This document shows, in pieces, positions 17,752 through 20,225 of a stretch of DNA of 20,225 nucleotides. The notes beneath the pieces are model-generated. The model saw only the letters and a list, made by a program, of their open reading frames with translations, made no database searches and had not been told where the DNA came from. The DNA comes from Armatimonadota bacterium (GTDB taxonomy: Bacteria > Sysuimicrobiota > Sysuimicrobiia > Sysuimicrobiales > Kaftiobacteriaceae), in contig JBBIUY010000045.1 in the NCBI GenBank assembly GCA_037440005.1, positions 1-20,225 of the forward strand, read 5' to 3'. The translations under genes were made by a program, and so were the position numbers. Position 1 is the stretch's first letter. Each line of letters begins with the position of its first letter.

Positions 17752-17791
17752 CAGGGCGGACCTACGGAATGATAGATCGGAGGCATCGGGA

Positions 17792-19438
17792 ATGATCGGG
17801 CAGGAACCGGAGCTAATCCCTGCGGCCATGGTCCGTAAGTACGCCTATTGTCCGAGGCTCTTTTACCTGGAGTTTGTGCACCGTGAATGGTCCGAGACTG
17901 AGGACACTCTACGGGGCGAGATATTACATCACCGGGTTGATGAAGAGTCTGGACGAATGCCCCAACCGCGTGACTTGTCTCACGAAGACCGTCTGGAGGC
18001 GCGATCTGTGAACCTCTCGGCCCCTCGTCTCCGCCTCATTGCTCGGTTCGACGTGGTGGAAAGCAGGGACGGGTCGGTTTGGCCTGTCGACTATAAGAAG
18101 GGGGCGCCAGGTCCCGAAGGCCCGAGGGACTCGGATGTTCTCCAGCTCTGCGCTCAAGGCCTTGTACTTCGGGAGAATGGGTACCGCTGCGAGATGGGGG
18201 TAATCTACTATGCCGAGGTCAAGAGACGCATAGAAGTCCCGTTCGATAACGCGCTTGTGGAGCGCACGCTTGCTGCGTTGACAGAAATGCTGAGGGTTGC
18301 AGTGCAACCACTCCCCCCACCGCCGCTCGTCGACAGCCCCAAGTGTCCGCGATGCAGTCTCGTAGGCATCTGCCTGCCCGACGAGGTCAATCTTCTCCGG
18401 GGTGCCGTTGGCAAGGAGGTGCGGCGGCTCGTCCCCGCCCGCGACGAAGCTGGACCTCTTTATGTCGTCACCCAGGGCGCCACCATCGGGAAGACAGGAG
18501 AACGGCTGGTCATCCGCGCTCCGGACACGGAACCTCAAGAGGTACGACTCATCGACGTCTCCGAAGTGTCTGTATTTGGAAACGTTCACCTGACCTCCGG
18601 CGCCATCAGAGCGTTGGCCGACCGGGGCATTCCGGTGATGCACCTGACATACGGTGGGTGGCTGGTTGCGGTCACGACGGGCCCCGCGCAGAGAAACGTG
18701 CAGGCGCGGCTGGCCCAGTACCGGACCGCTGCTGACGATGGTCGTTCGTTGCGAATTGCCCGATCTATCGTTTCGGGGAAGATCCGGAACCAGCGAACCA
18801 TGCTCCGACGCAACCACCGAGCCCGACCGACAGATGTGCTTGCCCGCCTGGATCATCTGGCGGCACAGGCCGAGCGAGCCAGGAGCTCGGGGCACCTGCT
18901 GGGAATCGAGGGGAACGCGTCGCGCCTCTACTTCGAATGCTTCGCCGGCATGCTGAAGGAAAATGCCGACTTTGACTTTACCGCAAGGACGCGGCGTCCT
19001 CCCACCGATCCTGTCAACGCCCTGCTGTCGTTCCTGTACTCGCTCCTCGCCAAGGACTGTGTGAGAGCGGTTCTGGCCGCCGCGCTCGACCCGTACATCG
19101 GGTTTTTCCACCGGATACATTACGGACGGCCTTCGCTGGCGCTGGACCTCGCCGAGGAGTTCAGACCGATTATCGCAGACTCGGTTGCGGTAACGGTGCT
19201 AAATACCGGAACGGTGAAAGGCGAGGACTTCATCCGGCGGGGGCCAGCCTGCGCCCTGAAGGACCATGCCCGAAGACGGGTACTGGACGCCTATGAAGCG
19301 CGCATGGAGACCTTGATCCGCCATCCTCTCTTTGGGTACTCCGTCAGCTACCGCAGGATCCTGGAACTCCAGGCGCGGCTACTGGCCAGGGTGGTACTGG
19401 GGGAACTGAAGTCCTACCGCCCGTTCACGACGCGATGA
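17792..19438 (+). CDS. cas1: Cas4-Cas1 fusion
   Basis: The Cas4 part has YCPR, D...VDYKKG, QLCAQ and CPRCSLVGIC (4 Cys). The Cas1 part has GIEG, R.RRPP.DPVNALLS, GFFH and LALDLAEEFR. SD GGAGG precedes ATG 17792. Confidence 0.96.
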   Translation: MIGQEPELIPAAMVRKYAYCPRLFYLEFVHREWSETEDTLRGEILHHRVDEESGRMPQPRDLSHEDRLEARSVNLSAPRLRLIARFDVVESRDGSVWPVDYKKGAPGPEGPRDSDVLQLCAQGLVLRENGYRCEMGVIYYAEVKRRIEVPFDNALVERTLAALTEMLRVAVQPLPPPPLVDSPKCPRCSLVGICLPDEVNLLRGAVGKEVRRLVPARDEAGPLYVVTQGATIGKTGERLVIRAPDTEPQEVRLIDVSEVSVFGNVHLTSGAIRALADRGIPVMHLTYGGWLVAVTTGPAQRNVQARLAQYRTAADDGRSLRIARSIVSGKIRNQRTMLRRNHRARPTDVLARLDHLAAQAERARSSGHLLGIEGNASRLYFECFAGMLKENADFDFTARTRRPPTDPVNALLSFLYSLLAKDCVRAVLAAALDPYIGFFHRIHYGRPSLALDLAEEFRPIIADSVAVTVLNTGTVKGEDFIRRGPACALKDHARRRVLDAYEARMETLIRHPLFGYSVSYRRILELQARLLARVVLGELKSYRPFTTR

Positions 19439-19737
19439 GAGATACTCGGCGGCATCGGTTTGTGGTATGTTACGACGTCCGAGAGCCCAAACGACTGCGG
19501 CGGACTCACGACAGATTGCTCGGTTACGGAGACCCGTTGCAGTACTCGGTTTTCGTGTGTGATTTGTCCGCGACGGAGAGGTTGCTGATGGAAGAGGCGG
19601 TCCGAAAGGTCGTCAAACTGTCGGAGGACGCCGTCCACGTCATCGACCTCGGCCCGCTTCGCGGACGTGGAAGCCTGCGGATTCGATCTCTTGCGGGGGG
19701 ATTCGCAGAAGTTCCAACGAAGCATAAGGTTGTTTAG
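19435..19737 (+). CDS. cas2: CRISPR-associated endoribonuclease Cas2
   Basis: VVCYDV..PKRL and YG..LQYSVF.C.L, with an ATGA overlap with cas1. Confidence 0.96.
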   Translation: MRDTRRHRFVVCYDVREPKRLRRTHDRLLGYGDPLQYSVFVCDLSATERLLMEEAVRKVVKLSEDAVHVIDLGPLRGRGSLRIRSLAGGFAEVPTKHKVV

Positions 19738-19959
19738 GCGGGCTGGTCGAACCTTGACAATCGAATAACGAATAATGGGTAAGCGAGCGACGAGGTGGTG
19801 TCCGGAAAGACTGGCGCCGCTCGCGCGTCGGAATTCCGCATCAGGCCGGGGTTGCGCTGGTTTCTCCCGCGGCCGAGCCCGGGGATCCTCCGAAAATCAA
19901 AGGGGGGTCTCGCAAGCGGACGCGGGAAACCGCGCCAGAAGCCTGTTCCCGCGACCGCC
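19738..19959 (+). promoter_or_regulatory. CRISPR leader
   Basis: Non-coding segment between cas2 and the first repeat. Contains TTGACA (19754-19759), the inverted repeat GCGAGCG/CGCTCGC (19783-19789/19818-19824) and a further CTCGC at 19909-19913. Confidence 0.85.
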
Positions 19960-20225
19960 ATTTCCGCGGTCGAAAGACCGCGGCCCCATTGAAGCCCCAA
20001 GGCTCTCGCTCCCTACGGCTGGGTGCCGGGCGATTTCCGCGGTCGAAAGACCGCGGCCCCATTGAAGCAGCTGCCATGCGGTCACCCCGTGGCTGCTGTA
20101 TATGCATTTCCGCGGTCGAAAGACCGCGGCCCCATTGAAGCGTCTGGGGGAAGGTGTCCCTGTGGGGCCGGGTTGTCGATTTCCGCGGTCGAAAGACCGC
20201 GGCCCCATTGAAGCGGAGTCCTGGC
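19960..20225 (+). CRISPR. CRISPR array (truncated by window end)
   Basis: Four identical 36-bp repeats ATTTCCGCGGTCGAAAGACCGCGGCCCCATTGAAGC at 19960, 20033, 20106 and 20179, with three 37-bp spacers and 11 nt of a fourth. The 8-bp stem with GAAA loop and the ATTGAAGC 3' end are typical of I-G. Confidence 0.99.

Noticed and set aside
10874..19120. Antisense ORFs within cas genes (e.g. 10888-12204, 11789-13438, 17924-19120) as possible anti-CRISPR or accessory genes
   Set aside because: They are fully nested in cas genes with no recognisable motifs.
19863..19896. Repeat-like stretch in the leader (TCCCGCGGCCGAGCCCGGGG)
   Set aside because: It needs a 2-nt gap, the matches are mostly G/C, and it is out of register with the 73-bp array period.
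20142..20178. Spacer 3 self-targeting the cas3 upstream region via AGGGACAC (10231-10238)
   Set aside because: Only 8 nt match, outside the seed, which is expected by chance.
19734..20211. ORFs across the leader and array
   Set aside because: They are translations of repeats (ISAVERPRPH, MGPRSFDRGN recurring), not genes.

Overview
This high-GC bacterial chromosomal window has all real genes on the + strand and falls into three blocks. (1) 1-5650 is housekeeping: the tail of an upstream gene (probably pnp), an M16 zinc peptidase and a lysine/DAP operon (dapB, asd, aspartokinase, dapA). (2) 5651-10227 holds a composite short-repeat/palindrome cluster, an atypical family-4 uracil-DNA glycosylase, and an amidohydrolase plus NitT/TauT-type ABC transporter module. 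(3) 10429-20225 is a complete type I-G (formerly I-U) CRISPR-Cas locus with visibly different codon usage: cas3 with C-terminal HD domain, csx17, csb1, csb2, cas4-cas1 fusion, cas2, leader and an array of 36-bp repeats with 37-bp spacers running off the window end. The most interesting unexplained signals are non-coding. They are a degenerate antisense CRISPR-repeat-like element (possible mini-array) and a Cas3-N-terminus-like mini-ORF between csb2 and cas4-1, a promoter-like motif shared by cas3 and two host genes, an RBS-sequestering inverted repeat upstream of cas3, and a probable ATA start codon for asd. All were found by eye and need computational confirmation.
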